Positions 1-10,800 of a stretch of 28,418 bases of DNA are shown one piece after another (the first letter of the stretch is position 1; every line of letters begins with the position of its first letter). The translations under genes and the position numbers were made by a program. Source of the DNA: a virus. Lineage: Duplodnaviria > Caudoviricetes. The notes beneath the pieces are model-generated. The model saw only the letters and a program-made list of their open reading frames with translations, made no database searches and was not told the origin of the DNA. The DNA lies in the IMG/VR virus record IMGVR_UViG_3300032073_000176, positions 1-28,418 of that record, one strand, 5' to 3'.

Positions 1-1052
1 CTATCAAACTGACCTTCATAGTTATTATAACCTAAATATTCTTTACTACTACAATACCCACTTGAACCATACCCATTAACATCTTCATATGATGACTGTG
101 TTCCAGCTGCAGTAGCCCAGTTTAATGTACTATCATAATACTGAGTCCAATTTATATTCATGTTCCAAACATCCACATCAGCTACTGAAACGTCACAATT
201 ATTATCAAAAGATAGTGAACCTGGTGACCAGTATGGTATTGGTGTGTCTTGTCCGTAAAAATTAAGCATGTCCCCATGTGGGTAAACGGTTACATGAGCA
301 CATAATCCATTATCACTAAACATACTAAAGTCTGGTATGGCTCTATCCAAATGGACTACTATTTCAGTAGTCCCTGTATTTGCACTTGTAATTATAGTAC
401 CACCAGTTAAATCCGTAGTTGCCGCAACAACATTGTAAAACAAATAAGGACTTGGGTTATTTAATGGTACACTTAAAGTATTATCACCACAGGGTGGTGT
501 TTGGCTTTGATAAGGTCCGTTATATTGAACCATTATTATATCTCCAACTGTAGGTGTGTAATTAATGGAATTACACGTTCCACTCATTAAATACATTAAA
601 CTACTACCTGTTAATCCACTGAAAGGTGCACACCAATTAGATGAGTAAACGTAAGACGAGTTGGTAATTGCGGAAAATCCATTAGTAGTATCTCCAGTAA
701 AAAATCCACGGGTTCTAGCAGTGTTGTACACAGCGTGTTCTGTAGGGTTAGGTTGTACTACCCCATAAGTTTGACCAGAATTAACATCTGACAAAGGAAT
801 AGGATACATAACATTCATTTTATTTAATTCGTATGAAACGTTAGAAATGTTCTGAGCGTTCCATTTTGGTTCCGTTACAAATACTCCATTAGATTTAGAC
901 AAAACATCATTATAACAATTATAACAAAATTCACTATCCCCTAATTGAAACTGGGTTACTGAAAGTTGTCCCTGGGAAAGTTTTTTCCTTCCCGCGTCTG
1001 TCAATCGAACACTTATAAGACCACTACTGGGTGTTTTTAATATATAACTCAT
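1..1052 (-). CDS. Tail-collar/tail-fibre-like structural protein, truncated at the left window edge (>350 aa; not in the ORF track)
   Basis: Manual translation from ATG at 1052: MSYILKTPSSGLISVRLTDAGRKKLSQGQLSVTQFQLGDSEFCYNCYN..., open to position 1. The N-terminal LTxxGRxxLxxGxLxVTxFxLGD pattern resembles the N-terminus of tail-collar/fibre (DUF3751-like) proteins. It follows the baseplate genes. Confidence 0.7.
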   Translation of the reverse strand, partial: MSYILKTPSSGLISVRLTDAGRKKLSQGQLSVTQFQLGDSEFCYNCYNDVLSKSNGVFVTEPKWNAQNISNVSYELNKMNVMYPIPLSDVNSGQTYGVVQPNPTEHAVYNTARTRGFFTGDTTNGFSAITNSSYVYSSNWCAPFSGLTGSSLMYLMSGTCNSINYTPTVGDIIMVQYNGPYQSQTPPCGDNTLSVPLNNPSPYLFYNVVAATTDLTGGTIITSANTGTTEIVVHLDRAIPDFSMFSDNGLCAHVTVYPHGDMLNFYGQDTPIPYWSPGSLSFDNNCDVSVADVDVWNMNINWTQYYDSTLNWATAAGTQSSYEDVNGYGSSGYCSSKEYLGYNNYEGQFD

Positions 1053-1067
1053 CTTTTAGTTTATTTT

Positions 1068-1074
1068 ATAAATA
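1068..1074 (-). promoter_or_regulatory. TATTTAT upstream motif (candidate phage late promoter element)
   Basis: Minus strand reads AATATTTATAAAATAAACTAAAAG-ATG; motif lies 15 nt before the ATG at 1052; the same 7-mer occurs before three other genes. Confidence 0.45.
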
Positions 1075-1131
1075 TTAATACTGGAACTTTTAATTTACAA
1101 TCCAGCGTTTCTTATTTTTATTTTAATTTTA

Positions 1132-4100
1132 TTACGCGACACCATAAAATATTGATGCTGGTATTTTAAATTTATATGATGGTGATGTGTCAGAATTACT
1201 AACTTCATCTCCGTTTATTAATGTGTACTTAACTACCCTAATTACACTATATGTATATTCTCCTGGTTCTGGTACCGTAATTGTAAATACTTTACGTAAA
1301 GAACCAAATTGTTCTAAGTCACATGTTTGTGTTTCTGTGTAAACAATAGTTCCTTCATCATCCCTTACTAATAACATCAATTCATCCGTATAACCATACT
1401 GGCTACTAAGTCCCACTACAACATTAGGGTTTTTAACTCCTGAAGTACCTTGTAATGTAAGTTTAGTAAAGTAAAACTGTGATATCACATCATTTTCTTG
1501 TAAACCTGTAGGGTATATGATACCAGTAAATTGTACAGTATCACTACTAATTAATTTAAAATCACTATCTTGTGTGAGAATACTTCCATTTAAAACCAAT
1601 CCTATATCACCTATTGGGTCATAAGTCATTTTAAAGTAATAATAATAACCATCTGTATATAAAGTGTTTCCACTAACAGAAGTATCCGCACTTAGGTTGG
1701 GGATTACTGGGGGTACAACATAGTTATCAAAATAATATGACTTTTCAAAAGTACCTGGTACATATATGACGTTTATCAAATCTTCTGGTTGTAGGGTATC
1801 ACTTTGAAATGTTATGACTTGTGTACCATTAAAGTAATAATCTCCATTATCGTCAAAATCTTCGTCTTGAGATGCGAATAAAGTTAAACCGTTTAATGTA
1901 ACTTGTGGTGTTCCTCCAGCTGGAAAATTTAAAACGACGTTATACGGACTTCCTGAAACTAGTAAAGGCATTGTAGTGCTACCACTAGTGTATGCTGACA
2001 TTACCACATGTTGTTCAGTTAATAACCTACCACACTCATTAGGTTTACCATATATTATATCGGAAGTGTCTAAATTTACTTCTTCCACTCTTGGTGTTGT
2101 AATAAAATAAAAATCTGTTTCAGCGTCATATAACCCATACTCTCTAGCTACTTGTGTACCATCTTCATCCCAAGAAAAACTTCCTGTGGAATCAAAACCA
2201 CCCTTTAATATTAAATCTGGATTATTTTCAAAAGTGTCATACCATCTTTCAGATTCTGTATAACCACTAGTATGTCCACTAACAGGTGGTATGACCCCAC
2301 AACTATTAGTTTTTAAATTATCTAATTTATTTTTAAAAATATAATTGGGTTTAACTAAAAATTCTGAATTAGTTAGTGTCCCCTTAAAATTTACACAATC
2401 AGTGACCTGTAATCCCTCACCTATAACTTGATTAGTATTATCCATTATATATTTTACATTTTTAGAATTATCAAAAATTCTTAAATTAGTGGCTTCGGTT
2501 AAAAATCTTTTCTTTTCTGGTGAATAAGCATGTATTGAATAGTAGGGTAACATATTCCCGTCTATAATATTAGTACTGTTTTTATCCCATCTAAAAGTTA
2601 ATTCAATACAAGGGTCTACAATGTCATCCTCATCGGTTTCGATTTCTGGTTGTGCAATATAATCTTCATTAGTATAAATTTTGTAGGATGATGTGTCAGC
2701 ACTTATTTTTGTACCACCAGTAAAACTAGCTATAGGTATTTCTGTTGTCTGCATTAAAACACTAGGTTTAGGTTGTACTTTAGGTACCGTAGGTTTACCT
2801 ACTTCTGCACCACCACCTATAGACGAATAAAATTCTAACTCCGTATTTAAAGACATTTGCACTCCTTGTAACGCAAAGTTATACAAAGGGAACAGTTGTG
2901 TTTGACTACCACCAAAATTAGTAGTCGTTGAAATAAAGTTAGATTGGGTACCCGTAAATCCTATGTTATATATAGAAGTTTTTCTTTGGGATTGTTGTGT
3001 ATACCCTATTTGTTGTGAACCAAGGTACCTATATAATCCATCTTCTGGTACATAATCATTGTCTTTAGCTGATAAACCTTCTCCTTCCCAAGTATTTTTA
3101 TCTAGTAAATTAAAGTTTATTTCATAATCTGCATTAAATGGTAACTGAGTACCTACAGCACTAAATTTAGCTAGGTCGGTCATTTGTATCCTAAATTGTT
3201 CACCTAGTGGTCCTTTTCTTTCTATCCTAACAAATGTAGTGCCTTGACCCCCATAATTACCAAGTGCAAAAGGAGAGTTAGCTCTAGGTCGTGTTAATAC
3301 ACTAGAAGTAAACCCAGTAATATCACTGGAAGAACACCCAACAATGGTTTCTTCTCCACAATTAACTACTTCTCTATTAGGGTCTACCCAAGCAAAAGAA
3401 GAGTTGTGGTCAGGATTGTTATAGATACCAACACAGTTTTCATCAGTAACATTATTAAATTGTAACATTAAAATGTGTTGGGCATTAACTGGCCCATACT
3501 CACCTAATGTGTCAACAAATTTTGCTAATATGACCCCCATTGTATCGTCATCTGAATTAGAGGACCCTATAGAAAATTCATGTGTGTAATTAAGATAGGA
3601 ACATTCACTAGAGGTAAAAACCATGTAGTTTGTGTTGTCATCTAAAAGAAATATGGAATCACTTGTAGAGGTTAAATCACTCCATTCACAACAATCGTTA
3701 GTTGTTCCGGTAACAGTATACCCAACTTGACCAACGACTGATGCACTACTAGTATTATAAAAAGTACTACCAGTTAACAAGTCATTAGCGATGGGTGAGT
3801 ATGTGTTTCCTCTATCTCCAAAAGCGTGGACAGTTGCCCAAGAATCTGCAGGAATACCTGTCGCTTGTACTCTAACAACAAACTTATTAATACTTGTATT
3901 AAAATAAAATTTACCTATATCTCCTACAGCTGTAAGTCCTGGGGGCCCAGCTTGTTGACCGTCCAACATAGGATAATCTAAAGCTCCCAAGTACCAATCT
4001 GAATTGGTGTCCGTTTTTCTGTCTGCTGTTGCTCCAGTAAATAACCACACATATGGGTTATCGGTTTCTATACTACCGTCAGGTTTTAAGCCAGTTTCGA

Positions 4101-4845
4101 ATGCGATTCTTGGAGATGTAAAGCTAGGTTGTGGTCCATATCCGGTTCCAAACCTGATGGTAAACCCATTGTTTAGGTTCATTTTATAAAACTCGTCCAA
4201 AATATTTACACTAGAAAGACCAGTATAGGTATTAAGTATTTGTCCATAATTTTCTGAATTTAAAGTATATCCGTCTAAACAACATGGGTTTGAAGGTACT
4301 GTACTATTATAGTCCACACTAATCCCATCATAGGCAGTCAACGTATAATTTCCAGGTTCTAAATTTACAAAATCGTATATTTCGTTACCTGTGGTTCCTT
4401 CATATGTTTCATGTAGATTACCATCTCTATATAAGTTATAAGTAAAATTACTTTGTTCATGATTAAAACTATGAACTCTAATTTTACAGTAGTCATTAAT
4501 ATTATTTAAACAACTACCGTCAATAGTTGACGCAGAAAAGGTACCAGCACTTAAATTTAATATTTCTATATATTCTGTATTTGTTAGGGAGTTAATATCT
4601 CTGGTAGTCGCAGTATAAACTCCACTACATAAATTAGTTAAGTTAAGGCTATTCCCTGTAAATGAATCTGGTCCTGTCCAAGTTATAGTGTAAGGGGGTG
4701 TCCCACCAGTTATACCCACATTAGTTATAGAACCATTACAATTATTTAAAATGGAACTCACCTGATTTGTTTTATCAAAATTATAGATATACGGATTTGT
4801 GGCTGTACTGGTGGTAGTTAAACTAAAATTACTTACGAACGGCAT
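1132..4845 (-). CDS. Large virion structural/adhesin-like protein (1237 aa): N-terminal SprB-like repeats, central thrombospondin-C/lectin-like domain, C-terminal tandem tail-type beta repeats
   Basis: CNGSITNVGITGGTPPYTITWTGP...LTNLCSGVYTATTRD matches the SprB repeat pattern. SSNSDDDTMGVILA...IGYTQQSQRKTSIYNI parallels TSP C-terminal motifs. Two LNGxxL...D[YF]...F...L...DxI repeats lie near the C-terminus. Located in the baseplate operon. Confidence 0.7.
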   Translation of the reverse strand: MPFVSNFSLTTTSTATNPYIYNFDKTNQVSSILNNCNGSITNVGITGGTPPYTITWTGPDSFTGNSLNLTNLCSGVYTATTRDINSLTNTEYIEILNLSAGTFSASTIDGSCLNNINDYCKIRVHSFNHEQSNFTYNLYRDGNLHETYEGTTGNEIYDFVNLEPGNYTLTAYDGISVDYNSTVPSNPCCLDGYTLNSENYGQILNTYTGLSSVNILDEFYKMNLNNGFTIRFGTGYGPQPSFTSPRIAFETGLKPDGSIETDNPYVWLFTGATADRKTDTNSDWYLGALDYPMLDGQQAGPPGLTAVGDIGKFYFNTSINKFVVRVQATGIPADSWATVHAFGDRGNTYSPIANDLLTGSTFYNTSSASVVGQVGYTVTGTTNDCCEWSDLTSTSDSIFLLDDNTNYMVFTSSECSYLNYTHEFSIGSSNSDDDTMGVILAKFVDTLGEYGPVNAQHILMLQFNNVTDENCVGIYNNPDHNSSFAWVDPNREVVNCGEETIVGCSSSDITGFTSSVLTRPRANSPFALGNYGGQGTTFVRIERKGPLGEQFRIQMTDLAKFSAVGTQLPFNADYEINFNLLDKNTWEGEGLSAKDNDYVPEDGLYRYLGSQQIGYTQQSQRKTSIYNIGFTGTQSNFISTTTNFGGSQTQLFPLYNFALQGVQMSLNTELEFYSSIGGGAEVGKPTVPKVQPKPSVLMQTTEIPIASFTGGTKISADTSSYKIYTNEDYIAQPEIETDEDDIVDPCIELTFRWDKNSTNIIDGNMLPYYSIHAYSPEKKRFLTEATNLRIFDNSKNVKYIMDNTNQVIGEGLQVTDCVNFKGTLTNSEFLVKPNYIFKNKLDNLKTNSCGVIPPVSGHTSGYTESERWYDTFENNPDLILKGGFDSTGSFSWDEDGTQVAREYGLYDAETDFYFITTPRVEEVNLDTSDIIYGKPNECGRLLTEQHVVMSAYTSGSTTMPLLVSGSPYNVVLNFPAGGTPQVTLNGLTLFASQDEDFDDNGDYYFNGTQVITFQSDTLQPEDLINVIYVPGTFEKSYYFDNYVVPPVIPNLSADTSVSGNTLYTDGYYYYFKMTYDPIGDIGLVLNGSILTQDSDFKLISSDTVQFTGIIYPTGLQENDVISQFYFTKLTLQGTSGVKNPNVVVGLSSQYGYTDELMLLVRDDEGTIVYTETQTCDLEQFGSLRKVFTITVPEPGEYTYSVIRVVKYTLINGDEVSNSDTSPSYKFKIPASIFYGVA

Positions 4846-4855
4846 TTTCTATTTT

Positions 4856-7800
4856 TTAAAATCTTATTACTCCTGGAGGTTTCCCTTCAGTTATTATTAA
4901 TGGTCTAGTACTAATATTAGTATCCCTGTATAACCCATCTATCCATTGTGCTGGAGTTTTACCTTTACACCCATAATATTCAGTACCATTGTAGTCAGTA
5001 GCACAACACCATTTAGAACAAGGATAATTACTAGTTTTAGGAACTTCTAAATAAGTATTTTTACCACATTTACAATATTCTCCCCTACTAGGTGTAGGTG
5101 TGGGAGTATCTTTATCATACACACCACTTTCTACTATTATCACCTTATCTCTAATTATAGTATGATTTTCTCTAAAATCTATAGTTCTATCTTCTAAAGG
5201 TCTTGAAGAAATGTAAGATATTGTACCTCTATCTAATAGAGTCTCACTTTCGTTACTTGGTTCTTTTATACTTTCAGTTGTAATATTAGGTTCTAGACTA
5301 TTAATTATGTCAAAACTTTTATCAGTACCTTTTACACCCACTGTTGATTGTACTACAAAAGTGTGAGAGGAGTCATCCAAACTTATACTTTCAACTTTAT
5401 TATTAACATTAACTGGTATATTCCATTTTACTTCACTACCTTTATTAATGTTTAAAAGTTTAACATCGTTTATTCTATAGTCGGTAATTCTGCCTTCTTC
5501 AATAGCTTTTACCCAATTGTTTGTTTTTTCAGCTGTAGGAATTAATTTTAAAGGTCCCTTGTAATTTTTCTCTGCAGGTATATCTAAATAAGTCAAATCA
5601 TTTAAGTTATTTTTATTAACTTTAGGAATCAGATAGTTCGTTTCTTCTTCTATTGAATTTAAAAGAATTAATTTACCTTTATTGTCATTAGGTGATGGGG
5701 GAATATTTTTTCCATCTATAAATGATTCAGTTAATACACTGTCTTCGTTTGGTTGCCAATACAAATAATTGTTAGATGTAGTTACATTACATTCTTTGTT
5801 AATCACTCTAAACCATGGTCTAGATTCTGGAGTTGTAGTATAATCACTACCTAATGTTAAATTAACACTAGTTCCAGTAGTGGAGCCACTAAAGGCTTTA
5901 GTTGTAGAATCCCAATTTATTTCTACCTTTAACCTTACTTCATCACCTTCATTTAAAGTCACACAACCAGTATCTATATAAAGATTACATTCTTTAGTAA
6001 AGATTGCAGTTGTACCTGTTGTACCTGTACATTGATATAAATCTGTGAATTTATCAGAGTCGTTGTATGGTAAAATCAAGGTTTCATTCGCACTAGGTGT
6101 AGTAGTTGGGTTACTTGCTACGGTATACTTACCTAACGTGGTAGCTGATGTAGTACCTGAACTAATTTTTTCTATATATACCGTAGTATTAAAATTACCA
6201 AAACCTTGGTTAGGACTATACCCAAAAACTGGTGTCAGGTACCCATACGGTTGTGTGTAATTATTAGCTATATTACCTTCTTGATACTCTACGGGTGCTG
6301 ACGCAAACCCACCATTATATAAAATACTAGAATTTATCAATTGTTTAAATTCATAATCATTATTAGGGAAAGTATTTTCAGTTAAATTACGATACACATT
6401 TAAATATTCACACCATCCCTCATCAAAATACTCTAACTTTAAATGACTCTTATATTGTAATCGGTAATTTTGAGTTTTAGGTATTTTATAATAAAAATAT
6501 TCCCCACCTTCACTTACTTCTTGCCTTGTTAGGTTGAATAATACCGGTTCTCTGTCTACTAAAGGTAGTGGTATTGAAGGATGTAGTTCTCTATCGTCAC
6601 CAATTAATCTAAATTCACCCATTATAGGGTCAGACATAGCTATATTAGAACCTAATGACATGGAAGAACCTTTTAAAGAAATATCAAATACAAAATCTGG
6701 ACTTATATTTTGTTCTTGGTTATCCGTATAACCACTGAGGTTAGTATAACCAGAATAATTAGTATTAATTCCACTTAAACTTATGGTAAGACCACTACTA
6801 GTACTACCTGTTTGATTTCTTACATAATCATCAAAACTACCTAATGTGGAAATTAAAAATTCGGTTTCTACATCACCTATTGGGACTATACCTGAAATAT
6901 ATTGAGAATTCGCTACGTTGGTAGTATATGTAGGACCGATTTGGAATCCTTGAACTAATCCTCCACTAGTATATAAAATTTGTTTATTACTTAAATCTTT
7001 AATTTCACCAACACTATTAATTGCCCAATCTCTCAAATCTGTGTAAGTTACATATTGTCTAGAGGTTGGTTCATCTGGGTCATTAACTATAATGTCTAAA
7101 CTTCTATTGTCTGTTGAGTTATAGAAACTGACATTATCCTCTTCTCTCCTATTCCTAGATGATGGTAGTTCTTCTTCGTTAGGTAAGGTTAGTACCCCAT
7201 TACCTACTGATTTTTGTTTAATGTCTTGAGAAAATCTACTTTGATTTTCAGTACTTACAAATTCTATAATAAGATTATTGTCACTACCTTTAGCTACTTT
7301 ATCTAACCAACCTAATTTTATTCTTTTTCTATTATTTTCTATAAAAGTTTCACTAGTAGGTCCGTTTGTGTTAGTAATTGTTACAGGACTATTATATTCT
7401 ATATTTCTACTTTGTCTTAAAGGATTTGTATTACTTATTATGTACATTTCACTACTACGTACTTCGTAATTTTTTAAGTTATCCTTGTTTACACCAGTTT
7501 CTTCCATAGCTTTTTCTACTGGTACATTAAAGGTGTTACCTTTTGTTGCTAAATCTGATACCCTTACAGGTACCCTATTACTGGATTCATTTTGATTAAC
7601 TATGGGTGTTCTCATGTCTGTTCCACAACCCATAGAAAATGGCACATCACCATTAGTATATAATGCAGAATTATCTACCATGTTAGGTACAAAGTTTATG
7701 TCTTGATATTCTTTACCTTTACAGGACATTCTCATTTCCCAGTTATACCTAAAATTACTATTTCGTAATAAAGCCCAGTCTGGTTGAGTAGAACCCACAA

Positions 7801-10800
7801 CTTTAATTATTTCTTTTGATTCTATCGCCCCATATAGTCCCTGGCCCATGCCACCTGTTTTACTAAATGCCCAATAACGGTCAAATATATCATTAAATTC
7901 AACATTACCCGTACCAGTGCCATTATCTGTCAAATACATACTATCTGGATACTTTCTAAGTTTAAAAAAGGACAATTGTTGTTGAGAATTTTTTCTTCCT
8001 ATTTGAATACATATTTCATTAAGTGAAGTAAAAAATGATGCAAACTCTGTAAATTGTGTGGATAAAAAGTTACCAACTGATGGGTTGTCTACTATATTAA
8101 CGGGTGTGGATTGTATCTGATTGGTTGAGGGTGGTACGTACATAAATAACTTATCTATTACGTCACCATCTCCACCCAGACCGAAAACTCCTGGTTGGTA
8201 ATAAAATTCAATGATAGTGTTCTGTTCAATGTCGTAATTTACTTCTACATGACCATAACTAATCTCTTGTGGGTTAGATGGTACTGGACCCAATCTGTTA
8301 TATACTCTAAAATAATGTACTAACTTATCCGCTAAGCAACATAAATTAATCCTAGCTTTTTTAAACGGTTTTTTATTACCTGGTAATTGAAAACTTGAAG
8401 TGGCTATCTCACCTAACTGGTCTTCATTCATTGCGAATTGTAAAACTTTTGGTGGTACTTGATTAGGTGTTATATCATAAAAATCTAAGCTTAAAAGCAT
8501 TGATTTAACATCTCCATCACCACAATCCAAACAACGGTTTGTTGGTTCTGTAGGTTCTTCTGGGTCACATGGGTCTACAAAATCATTAACTATTAGTGAC
8601 GGGACTTTATTTGGTCGGTATAATTGTTCTTTAGACCACTTCCCACCAGTAGTTCTATTTTCACCCGATGTCTCATCGTCACATAAACTCCAACACTTAG
8701 GTATAGTTGGTTCTTCCCCACATAAGGATGGGATAAATAATGCTACGTCTCTACAAACTCCAAAATTATCAGTACGTACCCATTTTCTTTCTGTTATACC
8801 TTCCGATGGAATACCTGGACAACAAACCACATCACCTAGTTCAAATAAAGTACTAGACACATCAAACATTCCGTAAGTTACATCACAAGCACATGGGTCC
8901 ACCAATTCTTCACATGGACTATACGTTGACACAAAACAATCTTGTGCACCCACATTAAAAATACCATCTTTAAATAGTTCAGGATTGGTTGTTATTGTAG
9001 TTCCAGTAACCTCTAGTGGTTCAATAACTTCATCAAAATTATCACAGTCTTCACCTTCAGTAAAATTATTACCACCTAAAAACGGTATAGCGTCTACAGG
9101 TCCTAATAAAACCCATTCACTATCTACTGACGGTAACCCAGTAAAAGAATTATCATTACCTTTCCACACATAAACATTACCTTGGGAGTCTAATACTTTA
9201 TCGTTATAGTTGTATTGTACTGACGAATCATATAGATTAACATCTATAAATTCATCATTATAACAAATAGGTATACATATTTCACATACGTTAGAAGTTG
9301 TTTCGGCACTAGGCCCTAAAAATTGAGCTAACTGAGACTGAAATATTCCGTTAGTATAAAAATATGATGGGTCGAATGTACCGTATGGGGGAGTTGAAAC
9401 ACAACTAACATTAAACCCTAAATCATTACATGTTAGTCCTCCACATATGTTGGTTCCAGCATCATAACTAGTACCAAACCCAAAGTTTTCTAGACCAGGA
9501 CCACTATACCCAGTAGATAAATTATTAGCTGTAAGAGCGGTATATGGGTTAGAAAATGTAATTGCTGCTAAGCTACCCCCTAATGCTGTCACGGTTGGGT
9601 TCTCTACTAAGTCTGCTGGTGAAACCGTAGATGTGGTTAAAGCCCCATAAAGATGTAAAGGAAATGTTAAGGTACTTTGTGGAAGAGGTTTACCTGTAAT
9701 TACAGGATATATAAACGCTTGAAAAGTATTATAGTTATTAAATGTATTTGAAAATTCAGTAAAATCTGTTTGGTACGTTGAAGTAGGTTGGTTAGTGCCG
9801 TAACTCCAGTCACTAATATCATTTTGTGGGGTACGGTAACCACAACTGTTAAGGTCTTGTTGACCGTTATATGATTTACGACTATCCGGAATTAACCCTA
9901 TCATTAAAACGTCATCACTAACGTTGGGGTCTATCGTGTAATTAGAACCTCCACTACCTGGTGGTAACGTAAAACCATTATTAGTAAAGTAAGTACCTGT
10001 ACCAATAGATATCGTACCACCACTTTTTGGTAGAGATGCCCAACTTAGCCACCTATTGTTTTTAACGGGTAAATGGTACACATTTCCCGTATAGGAAGTA
10101 CCTAAACTATTAACCCAATTATCTATAGCAACTTTCGCGGCGTTAGTTTGAGACGCACCTAAGTCTTGGAATAGATAGAATACCCAAATATCTTTATCTG
10201 GTGTAGGGGAGACTTGATTAGTTTCTATATTTAAACAAATTTCAGTCTTAAATGTGTGAGCGTCACTACCATTATTATAGTTCCAAATATCTTTACCGTT
10301 TTCACAGGGACCTTGTATTACGATACAATTAGGTTCACGTATAGAAGTCATGTTAGGTTCTACACTATCATTAATTTGATAATAGGTTAGTCCAGAATTA
10401 GAGTCTGTACTGTCTTGTGTGATTCCACTTAAGATATATGTCATGTCCTGCATCCATTCTTGGGTACTAGGAATGTCATATAATGTGGTACTACTATAAT
10501 ACGTATTGCCTGTATACTCTACACCACCTAAAGTAATTTTATTATGCCATGTAGCTCCTGAAAATTCTAAACCTCCACAATCTAAAAACGCGTTAACAAG
10601 TACATCATTAGATATTGGGTAACAGCAATTTACAAAGGAACCAAAACATTCCAAATCATCACATAATGGCCCATGCTTATAAGCGTATTTGTATCTATGG
10701 AATATTGAATTTTCGTATTTAACTCCACCTTGCCATATGGTAGTAGCTGGAATAAGTTGTTCCAATAATCTAATCCAGTAATCACCCATATTTTCAACAT

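Noticed and set aside
1081-1105. Inverted repeat CTGGA...TCCAG in the 1053-1131 gap as a terminator
   Set aside because: Only a 5-bp stem with a 15-nt loop and no clear U-tract on the coding strand.
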